54,910 nucleotides of DNA from Promethearchaeati archaeon (GTDB taxonomy: Archaea; Asgardarchaeota; Heimdallarchaeia; JABLTI01), in NCBI GenBank assembly GCA_013166835.1, contig JABLTI010000007.1, forward strand, positions 1 through 54,910, in the 5' to 3' direction. The stretch's first letter is position 1. Each line of letters opens with the position of its first letter. Below are positions 9,734-19,793 of the stretch, in pieces. Under the pieces are notes generated by a model. That model saw only the letters and a program-made list of their open reading frames with translations, had not been told where the DNA came from and ran no database searches. The translations under genes were made by a program, and so were the position numbers.

Positions 9734-11117
9734 TACCTCTCCTTTTTGCTTCTATATATTCATTAATTACAGATATCAGGAAATCATCTGGTCCTACAGA
9801 AATAACGCCTGCTCTGTATCGTTGGATATCTCTACTCAAACTTGATCTAATATCATAATATTCCTCTGCAATTGCTTCTCCTAATGCTTTTTCAGTTGGA
9901 CCTAATCGGGTATTCTGAATTTCAAAGAAGGGTCCAAATGGTGATATAATTATTACATCAAATCCAGCTGCAGATGCCTTACGAATTCCATCAAGAATAT
10001 CTTTCTTCTTTCCTTCGAGATCTGTAATAATTAGTAGTAATCCTCTACTTCTTGTACGCATTATTAGGTTCTGAACTGCTCTTGTAAGATAGGAGGGCCC
10101 TCTCGGTGTTACATAAGCAAGGTCTTCAATGATTCTATTGAATTGGGTAGTTCCATGACTGGGAGAAATAAATGTATTAACTTTGCTATTGAAAGTTGCT
10201 AGACCAATCATATCTTTTCTTTCTTGAGCCATATGGGATAATAATACTACTGCACGAATGCTAAATTCTAGTTTAGTATTTCGTATTAATCCTTGATCCA
10301 TGCTTTGAGAAGTATCTAGTAAAATCATTACACGGATATTTTTCTCAGTTTCAAATTCTCTGATTTGTAATTTATTTGTTCTACTGAATGCTTTCCAATC
10401 AATGTATCTAAAAGCATCTTCTGGAAAATAATCGCGAATTCCCCAAAATTCCATGCCTGTACCTTTTAGTTTGGTTTTATGCATTCCAAACATTTTTCCT
10501 AGCTGTCTTTTTGCGCCTAGGGTTTTTAACTTCTTAATATCTTCATATGAGGGATAAACTAGCACTTCATCAAAATCTTGTTTTATTGTCTCCTCTTCAT
10601 AGAATCCTAATCGATCATGAATTATGACTTTTGTTGGTCCAACTTTGAATAATCCTCTTACTGGAGTTCTAAGAATGTAGGAGAATTCTGCTTTTGCATT
10701 AGCATTTATTCTTGTGTAGAGATAATTTTCTCCAAGAACCAGATCCATTGTTTCGGGGTATGCATCATATATTTCTAGATGATCTATGGCATTTGGTCCT
10801 TTATTCTGAACAGTTATTCTCACATGAATATATTCTCCTGCAAAACATTTTCTTTTATCTAGAACTCGATTAACAGTTATTCCTTCTGTATTTGCTTGTA
10901 TCCGAAAGATTGGATAGCCAAAAGTAGTTCCTATTACCATTAAAATTCCGATTAATAGAAAGTAAGTGACAATAATATCTGAGATTCCATATGCTAATGG
11001 TTGTTCCATAAAGAGAATGACTATTTCAAAAACAGGTACAATTCCTTCTAGGGCTAGACCTATTGATATCATAAATAGTCCTCCGAAAAGGATAAATGAT
11101 CCTCTTTTTGAAATCAT
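9720..11117 (-). CDS. DUF58/vWA domain protein with N-terminal TMs
   Basis: RG...GP, G.EF..IRDY...D..R.IDWKA, LDTSQSM (MIDAS-like). Confidence 0.9.
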   Translation of the reverse strand: MISKRGSFILFGGLFMISIGLALEGIVPVFEIVILFMEQPLAYGISDIIVTYFLLIGILMVIGTTFGYPIFRIQANTEGITVNRVLDKRKCFAGEYIHVRITVQNKGPNAIDHLEIYDAYPETMDLVLGENYLYTRINANAKAEFSYILRTPVRGLFKVGPTKVIIHDRLGFYEEETIKQDFDEVLVYPSYEDIKKLKTLGAKRQLGKMFGMHKTKLKGTGMEFWGIRDYFPEDAFRYIDWKAFSRTNKLQIREFETEKNIRVMILLDTSQSMDQGLIRNTKLEFSIRAVVLLSHMAQERKDMIGLATFNSKVNTFISPSHGTTQFNRIIEDLAYVTPRGPSYLTRAVQNLIMRTRSRGLLLIITDLEGKKKDILDGIRKASAAGFDVIIISPFGPFFEIQNTRLGPTEKALGEAIAEEYYDIRSSLSRDIQRYRAGVISVGPDDFLISVINEYIEAKRRGIGLV

Positions 11118-11175
11118 TTCTTACTACAACCTATTTTGCTTGATATAGTTAATTTACCATTTTTTCTTAGTTCAG

Positions 11176-12192
11176 TTACCTTTGTGCTCTTACTTCTTTG
11201 ATTGGTATTTCTCTAATTATGTCCCTTATTATGGATTGAGAAGATATTCCTTCCAAATCAGCTTCAGGTTTGAGAATAAGTCGATGATATACAGCATCAA
11301 TTGCTATTCTCTTAATATCATCAGGAACGACATAATCACGACCAGAAATAGCAGCATATGCTTTTGATGTGTTTAACATAGAAATACTTGCTCTAGGACT
11401 ACCACCTAATAACAAGCGCGGATCAGTTCGTGTTCTTATTGTAATATCTCGGATAAATTCTATGATGCCTTGATCTACATAGATATTTTCCCTTACAATT
11501 TTCTGTAATCGAATAATTGTTTCTGGAGTAGTAATTTCATTAAGTGTGTTATCCTCTGGTTGATGTTTCAGTTGAATGATTTTTTCCTCTTCAACGGGAT
11601 TTGGTAATCCAACTACAGATTTCAATAAAAACCTGTCAAGTTGTGCTTCAGGTAAAGGATAAGTTCCTTCTTGTTCAATTGGATTCATTGTTGCAATGAC
11701 AATGAACGGTGAGGATAAAGGATAGGTATTTCCTTCTATTGATACTTGCCTTTCAGCCATTGCTTCTAATAGAGCACTTTGTGTTTTTGGTGGCGCTCTA
11801 TTTATTTCATCTGCAAGAAGAATATTTGTAAAAATTGGTCCTCTTCTTAGTTTGAAGGTTCCTGAACGTTGGTCAAACACATTGGTTCCAAGTACATCTG
11901 AAGGTAACAAATCTGGTGTGAATTGTACACGTTTGTACTTGCATCCTAGCGTTGCAGCAAAGAGCTTTGCTAAAGTTGTTTTGGCAATCCCTGGAACACC
12001 TTCAAGAAGTATATGTCCATCACATAGTAAGCTAAGAATCAAGTTATGTACTATATTCTTCATCCCTACAATGTGTCTTGATAATTCATCTTGGATGCTT
12101 TTTGCTATTCTTTCCACATCCGACACATTGACAAGTGAATCACCACGTGATGCTTTCTTGTCTGGCGGAGGTGGTGGAACGAATTCTGACAT
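11176..12192 (-). CDS. moxR: MoxR family AAA+ ATPase
   Basis: GVPGIAKT, QFTPDLLPSD, DEINRAPPKTQSALLEAM, YPLPEAQLDRF, GSPRA. Confidence 0.95.
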   Translation of the reverse strand: MSEFVPPPPPDKKASRGDSLVNVSDVERIAKSIQDELSRHIVGMKNIVHNLILSLLCDGHILLEGVPGIAKTTLAKLFAATLGCKYKRVQFTPDLLPSDVLGTNVFDQRSGTFKLRRGPIFTNILLADEINRAPPKTQSALLEAMAERQVSIEGNTYPLSSPFIVIATMNPIEQEGTYPLPEAQLDRFLLKSVVGLPNPVEEEKIIQLKHQPEDNTLNEITTPETIIRLQKIVRENIYVDQGIIEFIRDITIRTRTDPRLLLGGSPRASISMLNTSKAYAAISGRDYVVPDDIKRIAIDAVYHRLILKPEADLEGISSQSIIRDIIREIPIKEVRAQR

Positions 12193-12271
12193 TTTTTTTA
12201 TACCCCGAATTTTTTGTTTTTTTTTTTATGTTTTTTATTTTACATCTTTTTGATGATCGTAATTTTTTTGA

Positions 12272-13771
12272 CTAACCTTGAGTTTTTGTTATTAATTCCT
12301 CAACATTTTTGAGGTCAAGAACTAGGTCAGTAAATTCCTCTTCAGAAATCCTTCTTGATTTCTGTATAATCAAATCAACACGCGTAAGCATCTTTACAAC
12401 ATCTTCTAGATTGAATTGATTTGGAAAATGATTATCTAATAGCTCTACAATTTTTTCTGAGCTTAATTCCTCAGTTACAGCATATTTCTTTATCAAACGT
12501 CTTTTCAATCTCTTATATATTAAATCAAGAGCATTCGAAAATTGTTGATAAGTCATATACCAGGTCATTTTTGCTGCGAAGAACGATCGAGACCTACTTT
12601 GTTTTACTTTGGTCATTAATAATGGAGAAGGTCCTTTTGATTTTGGATATCGTCTCCTCAAAAACATGAACGTTATAAATGGAAATAAGGGAGCTAGTAA
12701 AGGAAACATAGTAAATGAATTAACATAACGAAGATACATTCTGACGTATTCAAAAGGATCAATAATTCCTAGTGCGAATCTACCGGTTCTAGATGAGGAA
12801 AGATGTGATTCATCATAATAAATTCTGCGAGTGCTGTTAAAATCTAACCAATTAAAGACATTACTTGCTAATTGGGCATTATCATAACCAAGTTCCATTA
12901 ATTCATTTATGAAAATACTTGGATCAGAACAAACTAGGATATTACCAACACCGACACCGCCTAAAGGTATCGGTACCATAAGTGAAAAGGAACCCTTCCA
13001 TTCATCATCATCAGGATAATAATCACCATCCTTAGCGTTCTCTACATCCTTTTCAAGCCAAGAAAAATCTGATGACATAGCTATTCCGGAAGCAATTGGT
13101 ATACCAGATATGGAGAGTCGAGGATACCATTGAGTTTCTCCAGTATCATTATCTACGCCCAAAAATGATATGGATGATGGAAAACTCGTAACTACTCGAT
13201 TCACACCACTCATTGAGGCAGAACCCGGAAATTCAGGAAAGTTTCTAATTACAGGCATTACTGGGCTTACATGATAAGAATAAGCATCCATTAGAAGAGA
13301 CCCGTTAATTTTCATTCCAGCGATTGGTAGAGTACTAAACCCAATTGCAGATGCATTTATTTGGCTAATAAAAGGAGCGATTACAGTATTAACTAATCCA
13401 AGAATATCATTCGCTCTTCCAAAATCATCAGCAATTATTACACTACCTCCACGCATAATGAAATATGCTAGAGCAGCAGTTTCAGTGGGATCAAAAAATA
13501 TTGTTGGTCCTATGATGGCCAAGACACCCATTTCATTACCATCAAGTCTTGTTAAAGAATTCAAAGTGGAAACAACTGGATGAAACTCAAATCCTTCGCC
13601 CTCAAGATTTTCTCGGAGAGTACTAGTCCCATCCCAATACTCATTATATATTGAGAACTGTCTAGTCCCTTCTTGACCAATCCTAGTTACAGATAAGATT
13701 ATTGGCAAACAAAATATAATGAAGATAATTGATAAGATGAATGTATTTCGATTAAATTTTATTTTAGCCAT
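12272..13771 (-). CDS. DUF4350-like membrane protein
   Basis: FSIYN..WDGTS, GG..IIADDFG, SDPSIFIN, YDESH; typical MoxR operon context. Confidence 0.8.
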   Translation of the reverse strand: MAKIKFNRNTFILSIIFIIFCLPIILSVTRIGQEGTRQFSIYNEYWDGTSTLRENLEGEGFEFHPVVSTLNSLTRLDGNEMGVLAIIGPTIFFDPTETAALAYFIMRGGSVIIADDFGRANDILGLVNTVIAPFISQINASAIGFSTLPIAGMKINGSLLMDAYSYHVSPVMPVIRNFPEFPGSASMSGVNRVVTSFPSSISFLGVDNDTGETQWYPRLSISGIPIASGIAMSSDFSWLEKDVENAKDGDYYPDDDEWKGSFSLMVPIPLGGVGVGNILVCSDPSIFINELMELGYDNAQLASNVFNWLDFNSTRRIYYDESHLSSSRTGRFALGIIDPFEYVRMYLRYVNSFTMFPLLAPLFPFITFMFLRRRYPKSKGPSPLLMTKVKQSRSRSFFAAKMTWYMTYQQFSNALDLIYKRLKRRLIKKYAVTEELSSEKIVELLDNHFPNQFNLEDVVKMLTRVDLIIQKSRRISEEEFTDLVLDLKNVEELITKTQG

Positions 13772-13792
13772 ATTCTTACCTCGAGTCGTTAC

Positions 13793-16234
13793 TTAGGTTA
13801 CTTTAGGATCTTGTTTTAGAGCTAACTGCACATTTTCCAAGGCTTGCATAGCATGATTAAATTGATTTTTAGTAATTCTGTGATCACTAAATCGTGCTTC
13901 TTCATATCGCATTACAAGCATTGTGACATCACGAACTGGTATGCGGTTTGTTGATGCGACTAATCGAGCAAGCTCTCGAGGAGATTGATCTCGAGCACTT
14001 AAAATCCTTAGATTTTGCATGCACATTAACTCAAAAGCTCGAAAGCTAAGGACTATCCCTCTACGATAATCTTTTGCTTTATCAGCTTCAGCAATCTGCT
14101 TCATAATAGAAGGCAGATCCATTAATTCAGCATCTGGATCTGGTAGAATTCCTTTCTTTGATTTCCTAAACCGACCAAATGCATACACAACTGAAACAAT
14201 GATTATGAGTGAAACCATTGCAATTAAAATACCTATTACAGCCATATCAAATCCTCCTGGTTCTGTTGGTGAGGAAGTTCCTCCGTTAGTGGTTTCTACT
14301 GGTACCGCGAGAAATGTAATGTCGAAATTGAAATCGTAGCTCGTATCAGCATCAAAGGTTATAGTAATTGTGTATAAGGTATCGTTCGTATACCCCAATG
14401 ATTGATTAATAGCTATACTGAAATAACCACTATCATTGAGAGTTTCACCAATGGAGCCTAATCCACTAATAGATATTGTAATGGTTCTACTTTTTATTGG
14501 TCGACCAAATTGATCCATTACAAATCCATTAAATGTTAAATTCGAATTAATATAGATAGATTCTCCTCCAATTGTCGTAATTTCTGAGTCATCTATTACT
14601 ATTGTTGAGTTTAAAGTAATAGTATACACAGCTTCTGTAAAGACATCTACTAGAAAACTGTAGTTGGAGGGAGTATAATATTGATTACTAGATGAAAATA
14701 AATTAACTGTTCCATTTCTTAAAGTTGGATTGACTGTTGACGGAATGAGTAAACTAATTAAAAATGCACCTGTTGGAGAGGTATAAGTTTCGTATACCAA
14801 TCCAGACCCTTCCCATTGAGCTGATATGTTCATGTTTGCAACAGCCGCACTACTATAAGCATCGCTTATGGTACCTGATATTTGCAGCGTTTCATTTGGC
14901 ATAGCAAAGGGATATTCAAAAAGAACTGAAGTGCCATTAACTGAAGGAGTTAGTATTGTGGAATTTCCTAAAACAGTGATATATTCCGTTTCAGTTATAG
15001 CAGTTATCCCTTGACCTGTATCAACATCCACGGTTATCGAATTGTCACCGACGGGTAAGTTTGTTGCATTTATTATGAAGGAGATACTAAAATTACCATT
15101 ATTCTCTGTGGTAACACCTATTGTAGGTGAACCCGCAACAAAGACAGTTAGATCAACACTATAACCAAATGGACTACCACCACTATCAGATAAAACACCT
15201 GATAATGTAACTGTAGTATTACCTCGAACTACTTCAGGATAAAATCCAATACCTGGTGCAACAGGTTCGTCTATATCAAAAACAAGACCCGCCCCTGTGT
15301 ATATGAATATATTTGTCGTGACATTACACCAATCTGCAGCACTAGTTCCAAGTTCAGCTTCAGTTATTATGTTTCCTACCGTATACGCTAAACCTAACGT
15401 GCTAATATTAAATGATCCTTCTAGAGGATGATCAACTCCGATAGTGGTACCCATTGGAACAGCTAGTATTGTTGCTGCAATATCAGCAATAATTGCAATA
15501 TTATAGAGTGACCCTAACCAATCAAAAGTAATATCATGACCATTGGCATCTGAAACGAATTGGGGATCCAGAACTGTAGAATTATCAAATAGTAAACCAG
15601 CTACCACTGAAAATGAATCACCTTCGCGAACAATGGTGGTATTTATTACCATACCCATCTGAACTGTGGCATAACATTCAATGGTATCTGTTGTATATTG
15701 ACGATTTAGTTCTATTGGTCCAAGAAGTGGATCGCCAGGGAAAACAGCATAGACTGTGACTAATCCTACTCGTTTTGAATGATCATTATCTACACAAGTT
15801 ATTGAGAAATTACCATTGCTATCTGTAATTCCTTCACCTACCTTGAAATTATTATCCAGATTGGTTCTGTCTGTCTCTAAATCAATCCAAGTGAAATAGC
15901 TCCAATAAATCCAGATGGGTTCATTTGGTATTCCTTGTAAAGTAATTAAATCAATGAGTCTACCTCTAACAACAAAAGATCGACCTCGAAGAATAACTGC
16001 TGGGGAAATGCTTTCGGGATTGAGACTATCAGGTTTTTGTGATATTTTCTCTTTTGGTCCGTCTGCTGAGATAGTAGCAATTAGATGTGTAACTACTTCG
16101 TGGTTCTCGTTCGTTTTCAATGGAGTAGTGAAATCTGTTTCTGGTTGATTTAGTGTTAACTGAATTAGAGATACAAAAGTAATTGAAATCAAAAGTAAAA
16201 ATATAGCAATTAGTCTTACTTGAGATTGTTTCAT
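13793..16234 (-). CDS. Large membrane-anchored beta-rich protein with C-terminal DUF4129
   Basis: Signal/TM after MKQSQ (start 16234 preferred), Ig-like repeats, TM, SPRE...YEEARFS motif. Confidence 0.8.
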   Translation of the reverse strand: MKQSQVRLIAIFLLLISITFVSLIQLTLNQPETDFTTPLKTNENHEVVTHLIATISADGPKEKISQKPDSLNPESISPAVILRGRSFVVRGRLIDLITLQGIPNEPIWIYWSYFTWIDLETDRTNLDNNFKVGEGITDSNGNFSITCVDNDHSKRVGLVTVYAVFPGDPLLGPIELNRQYTTDTIECYATVQMGMVINTTIVREGDSFSVVAGLLFDNSTVLDPQFVSDANGHDITFDWLGSLYNIAIIADIAATILAVPMGTTIGVDHPLEGSFNISTLGLAYTVGNIITEAELGTSAADWCNVTTNIFIYTGAGLVFDIDEPVAPGIGFYPEVVRGNTTVTLSGVLSDSGGSPFGYSVDLTVFVAGSPTIGVTTENNGNFSISFIINATNLPVGDNSITVDVDTGQGITAITETEYITVLGNSTILTPSVNGTSVLFEYPFAMPNETLQISGTISDAYSSAAVANMNISAQWEGSGLVYETYTSPTGAFLISLLIPSTVNPTLRNGTVNLFSSSNQYYTPSNYSFLVDVFTEAVYTITLNSTIVIDDSEITTIGGESIYINSNLTFNGFVMDQFGRPIKSRTITISISGLGSIGETLNDSGYFSIAINQSLGYTNDTLYTITITFDADTSYDFNFDITFLAVPVETTNGGTSSPTEPGGFDMAVIGILIAMVSLIIIVSVVYAFGRFRKSKKGILPDPDAELMDLPSIMKQIAEADKAKDYRRGIVLSFRAFELMCMQNLRILSARDQSPRELARLVASTNRIPVRDVTMLVMRYEEARFSDHRITKNQFNHAMQALENVQLALKQDPKVT

Positions 16235-16400
16235 ACTTACAACCAGGTCTAACGCCACCAGTATTTTTCTATATCTGAAAAGGGAGGTCATCTTATTTAT
16301 TAATTGTCAAATCTGCATCTATGAAACGTATGAATTTCTACTAAAAAAAGTAGCTCTTATTTCTAGTTTAGCATTGAATAGTAGTTTAACAATTTGAAAG

Positions 16401-16693
16401 TAAACCGTTAGATGGTCGGACTAAGCACCAGAATAAAGAGTAAGGGCTTAGGATTCGACCATCTAATTAACACGATAACACATGGTTTGGCATTCTAGGA
16501 CTCATCTAAATTGTGCTACAGTGTTCCGGCTCTTAACGCCTCCTCTTAAGCGAGCACCATTCTCTTCTCTCGGGTATTTAGAAGATTTCTCAAGGAACCT
16601 AGTGGTTCTATAAGCACTTTACCCGCTGTTTGAAGTGCTTATCCAAAGTCCATTCTTGAGTGTACTCTTCGAGGACACGAGAAGCGTGAGTAG
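16401..16693 (+). ncRNA. Candidate structured non-coding RNA of unknown family
   Basis: 44% GC by hand count in AT-rich intergenic DNA; at least 8 nested helices plus CGGGTA/TACCCG loop complementarity; G-U pairs favour the + strand; followed by T-rich tract. Confidence 0.6.
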
Positions 16694-16921
16694 TTTTATT
16701 TCAATTACTTTTCTCTTCTCTACTCAACTAGTTATACTATTTCTATTAAAGATTTTCCTTCGACAATTCCCTTGTTATTGTTCTCTAGTCTCTCTTGTTT
16801 TGGTAGGTGCACTAAAAACTTACACTTACAGTCTCATGTAAGACAATTACAAATATTTATATACTACTTTTGTGTAACTTAAGTATAGAAAAATGTAACA
16901 TTTGATTGGAATGAGGAAAAA

Positions 16922-17017
16922 ATGCCAGACAAGAAAAAGAAAATCAAAGAACAAGTAAAGAAAGATATTGAGCTAACCCGAATTAGAATGGCTTTAATTG
17001 CGGGTGCTATAAACTAA
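16922..17017 (+). CDS. Small 31-aa ORF MPDKKKKIKEQVKKDIELTRIRMALIAGAIN (not in ORF track)
   Basis: GAGG SD-like motif upstream of ATG; ends 26 nt before the regulator gene. Confidence 0.45.
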   Translation: MPDKKKKIKEQVKKDIELTRIRMALIAGAIN

Positions 17018-17043
17018 GAAAACATAAGGAGTGTTTTTTAAAA

Positions 17044-18150
17044 ATGTCAAAAAATAAAGATAAGAGAAAAAAGGAACTCGAAAAAGAGATGGCGAAACTT
17101 CGCAAAAAACTTGAGTTACTTGACGACGATGATGAAGAGGTCAGATTTGATCCTTTCACTGGTGAATCACTAAAACACACAATGCCACCTTTACCTCCAA
17201 AACCCCCATTAATTGCCAAACCAGCTAAACCTGTAAAACCAGTAAGAATAATCAGACAAGACAGACATGGTAAACCCATTGTAGTCCGTCAAGCAGAACT
17301 CACCCCAGAGCAGAAGAAACGCATTGCCAAAGAAAAAGAGCTCATTAGACAAAAGAAGGAAAAACTCAACGAAGAACTTCACAAAATGAGAGATGATTTT
17401 GTTGATAAGCAAAAAGAATTTCAAGAGCAACAACGCGAATATCAACATATCCAAAGAGAGCTCCGTGAAAAAGAACGTGAAATAAGAGAGAAGGAACGAT
17501 CTCTCCGCAATCAACGAAAAGATTACAGTTATACTTGGGATTTGGATATGAATGAAGATATTGAAGGAGTAACTTCAGATTTAGAAGTAAGACTTGGTGA
17601 ATATACTCGATCAATTCTCGCTTCAGTTGCTGATAGTATTAAATCTTCAATGGGAATCGCAATCAAAGGTGCAGGCAATATTGGACAAGAAATGAAAGTT
17701 GTTGGTAAGGAAATGGATAAAATTGGCAAGGAAATCGGCGATAAAATCGCTAAAGAGGTTCATGCCAGTGTAGGTCCAAAAATTCCTGTTGATAAACTTG
17801 AGGAATTCTATGAAGTTGGAGCAACTATTGTCTCTGCAATTGGTGACCCAAATAGATTACGTATTCTCAAAGAACTCGAAAAGAGTCCAAAATACCAAAA
17901 GGAACTTAGCGATATTACTAATCTTCGTGGTGGAACTTTCAAACATCACATGGATCGACTTCTAGAAGATGACGTCAAGTTTGTTACTCAAGAAGTTGTT
18001 CGTGGTCGTTATTTGTTAACGACTCGTGGCCGTGAAGCTTTGAAACTTACCGAAATTCAATTCATGAGATATCTTAGTGAAAAGAATCACAAGAAGAAAG
18101 GTAAGAAATCTGAAGATTCCGACGATGAATACGATGTTAGCATAAAATAA
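17044..18150 (+). CDS. Coiled-coil protein with C-terminal ArsR-like winged HTH
   Basis: D.NRLRILKEL, KHHMDRL, RGRYLLT.RG; GGAG SD. Confidence 0.75.
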   Translation: MSKNKDKRKKELEKEMAKLRKKLELLDDDDEEVRFDPFTGESLKHTMPPLPPKPPLIAKPAKPVKPVRIIRQDRHGKPIVVRQAELTPEQKKRIAKEKELIRQKKEKLNEELHKMRDDFVDKQKEFQEQQREYQHIQRELREKEREIREKERSLRNQRKDYSYTWDLDMNEDIEGVTSDLEVRLGEYTRSILASVADSIKSSMGIAIKGAGNIGQEMKVVGKEMDKIGKEIGDKIAKEVHASVGPKIPVDKLEEFYEVGATIVSAIGDPNRLRILKELEKSPKYQKELSDITNLRGGTFKHHMDRLLEDDVKFVTQEVVRGRYLLTTRGREALKLTEIQFMRYLSEKNHKKKGKKSEDSDDEYDVSIK

Positions 18151-18168
18151 ACTGGAGAGACCTAAAAA

Positions 18169-18891
18169 ATGAAATTAGAGCTAGTTAATGAACCATTAAA
18201 AGTTGTTCAAACAATTGCTATCGCAGATTTAGAAGATACTATTGTAACTGTTGGTAAACGATCTAGAATATTCCCTGTTGTTGAGACCAGATCGTATGAA
18301 ACAATTGGATACTATATCACTGGAGATATTTACCTTGGAGCAGATACAATCGTCAATACACAGAAAGGAGCTATTGGCGAACCGATTGAAAAGCTTGCGA
18401 AAGAGGCTTTCATTAAATGTGATGACATCGATCTTTCTAATACTAAATCTGAAACCCTTTCAGATAAAGATTTTAGGAAAGTAGAATTAACAGCTTATCG
18501 TTATTTCCAGAAAATACACGACTCCCAGTTCAGTAAACATAGCAAATCTGAATGGCGTGTGAATGGTAAACGCTACTCATGGCCTCAAGATCTCAGTCGT
18601 CTTGATTTTTACATCTACTTATTTGAACCAGAAGAATTCATCTTAATAAAAGATGATCATTCAATAATTGCTGTTGGTAAAGACGAACGAGAAGTTATTG
18701 TTTGTAACAAAAAGAAGAATTCATACGTTGTAGTTTCTAAGAAAGATGGTGTGAAAGTTTCTAATGATAAAGGCGAAATTGTTAGAGCAAGTTCTGATGG
18801 AGTTATGATTGACGGTAAAAGCCTGAATGAAATACTTAAAGGTGCACTACGACCGCTATCAGATAGGTTTAATGGTCGAAGAAAATTTTAG
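18169..18891 (+). CDS. Hypothetical protein, probably co-transcribed with the regulator
   Basis: GGAG SD, 18-nt gap. Confidence 0.7.
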   Translation: MKLELVNEPLKVVQTIAIADLEDTIVTVGKRSRIFPVVETRSYETIGYYITGDIYLGADTIVNTQKGAIGEPIEKLAKEAFIKCDDIDLSNTKSETLSDKDFRKVELTAYRYFQKIHDSQFSKHSKSEWRVNGKRYSWPQDLSRLDFYIYLFEPEEFILIKDDHSIIAVGKDEREVIVCNKKKNSYVVVSKKDGVKVSNDKGEIVRASSDGVMIDGKSLNEILKGALRPLSDRFNGRRKF

Positions 18892-18892
18892 A

Positions 18893-18934
18893 AAAAAGGC
18901 TTTTTACAATGCCTTTTTCCTTTTTCTGTTTTTT
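18893..18934 (+). terminator. Hairpin plus oligo-T terminator between convergent genes
   Basis: AAAAAGGC/GCCTTTTT inverted repeat followed by T runs. Confidence 0.55.
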
Positions 18935-18962
18935 GAATAAATTAAAAACTATTTTGTGAAGA

Positions 18963-19652
18963 TCACTTTGATGAAGCTTGAATCTCTTTAGTGCTTTTCT
19001 TGAGTGTTGTGATTTGTTTTTTCATGCTAGTAATGGCTTTCTTATTATTATCAATGGTTTCTTGTAATGATTTAACTTCATTAGTTAGTAAAGTTAGTTT
19101 CTCCTCTAATGCTAGATAATCATCTTTGGCACTAATTGCGGGTTTTGGATAATCACTTTCATGTTCAACAGTTGCACTTCTTTTTGGTAAAGGTTTAGGG
19201 GTTTTCAAAGACTTCCTTCCTATATCTGATGCAGTTGCATCATATTTTGGTTTTTCACTAGGAGTATATTCCATAATTGATTTCTTGCCAGCTCTATGAT
19301 CTGATTTTTCAATCATATCTAAAACGCTAACAGATGTTTCAATATCAGGTTTAACAGTTGTTTCTTTTATGAAAACCTGACCATCTTTAGGAATTTGTTC
19401 TAGGAGATCATTAACAACTCGATCGACAATAACAGGTGAAATATATACTTCTTCAGAATCCATAAGAAAGCGCATGCCTTTTCCTATTTCCTCAGGCAAG
19501 TCTTTGAGTGTGGTTCCCTGTAAAATGCTTGTTTTTTTACTACTGACAGCATGTTTTCCTTGCACAAGGTAAACAGCATAATATTTACCTTCGAGACCAA
19601 ATTTCAATGAAAATGTTGTTCCTGGAATTTTTACTAATGCTTCTTCGCTCAC
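18963..19652 (-). CDS. Hypothetical protein with C-terminal coiled coil
   Basis: 229-aa ORF with heptad repeats at the C-terminus. Confidence 0.7.
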   Translation of the reverse strand: MSEEALVKIPGTTFSLKFGLEGKYYAVYLVQGKHAVSSKKTSILQGTTLKDLPEEIGKGMRFLMDSEEVYISPVIVDRVVNDLLEQIPKDGQVFIKETTVKPDIETSVSVLDMIEKSDHRAGKKSIMEYTPSEKPKYDATASDIGRKSLKTPKPLPKRSATVEHESDYPKPAISAKDDYLALEEKLTLLTNEVKSLQETIDNNKKAITSMKKQITTLKKSTKEIQASSK

Positions 19653-19793
19653 GGCAATTCTTCCTTGTGTTATTGAAATTACTTTGTTTTTACCTCTATA
19701 AATTCGTTATCTTGTAGGACAATTTGAACAAAAGAGCTTTCAGACGGAAAAATAATATGTTAAGAAGATATTTTTGTTAGTGGTGTCTATACA

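Noticed and set aside
16401-16693. Assignment to RNase P, SRP RNA, cobalamin/lysine riboswitch, group I/II intron or SECIS
   Set aside because: Only fragments match: AAAGTCC and GGCTTA occur in the wrong order for RNase P; TAGTCCGACC has no P7 partner; there is no SRP helix-8 motif or domain V; no selenoprotein gene is adjacent
16635-16841. 68-aa ORF
   Set aside because: Low-complexity translation of T-rich intergenic DNA overlapping the structured element
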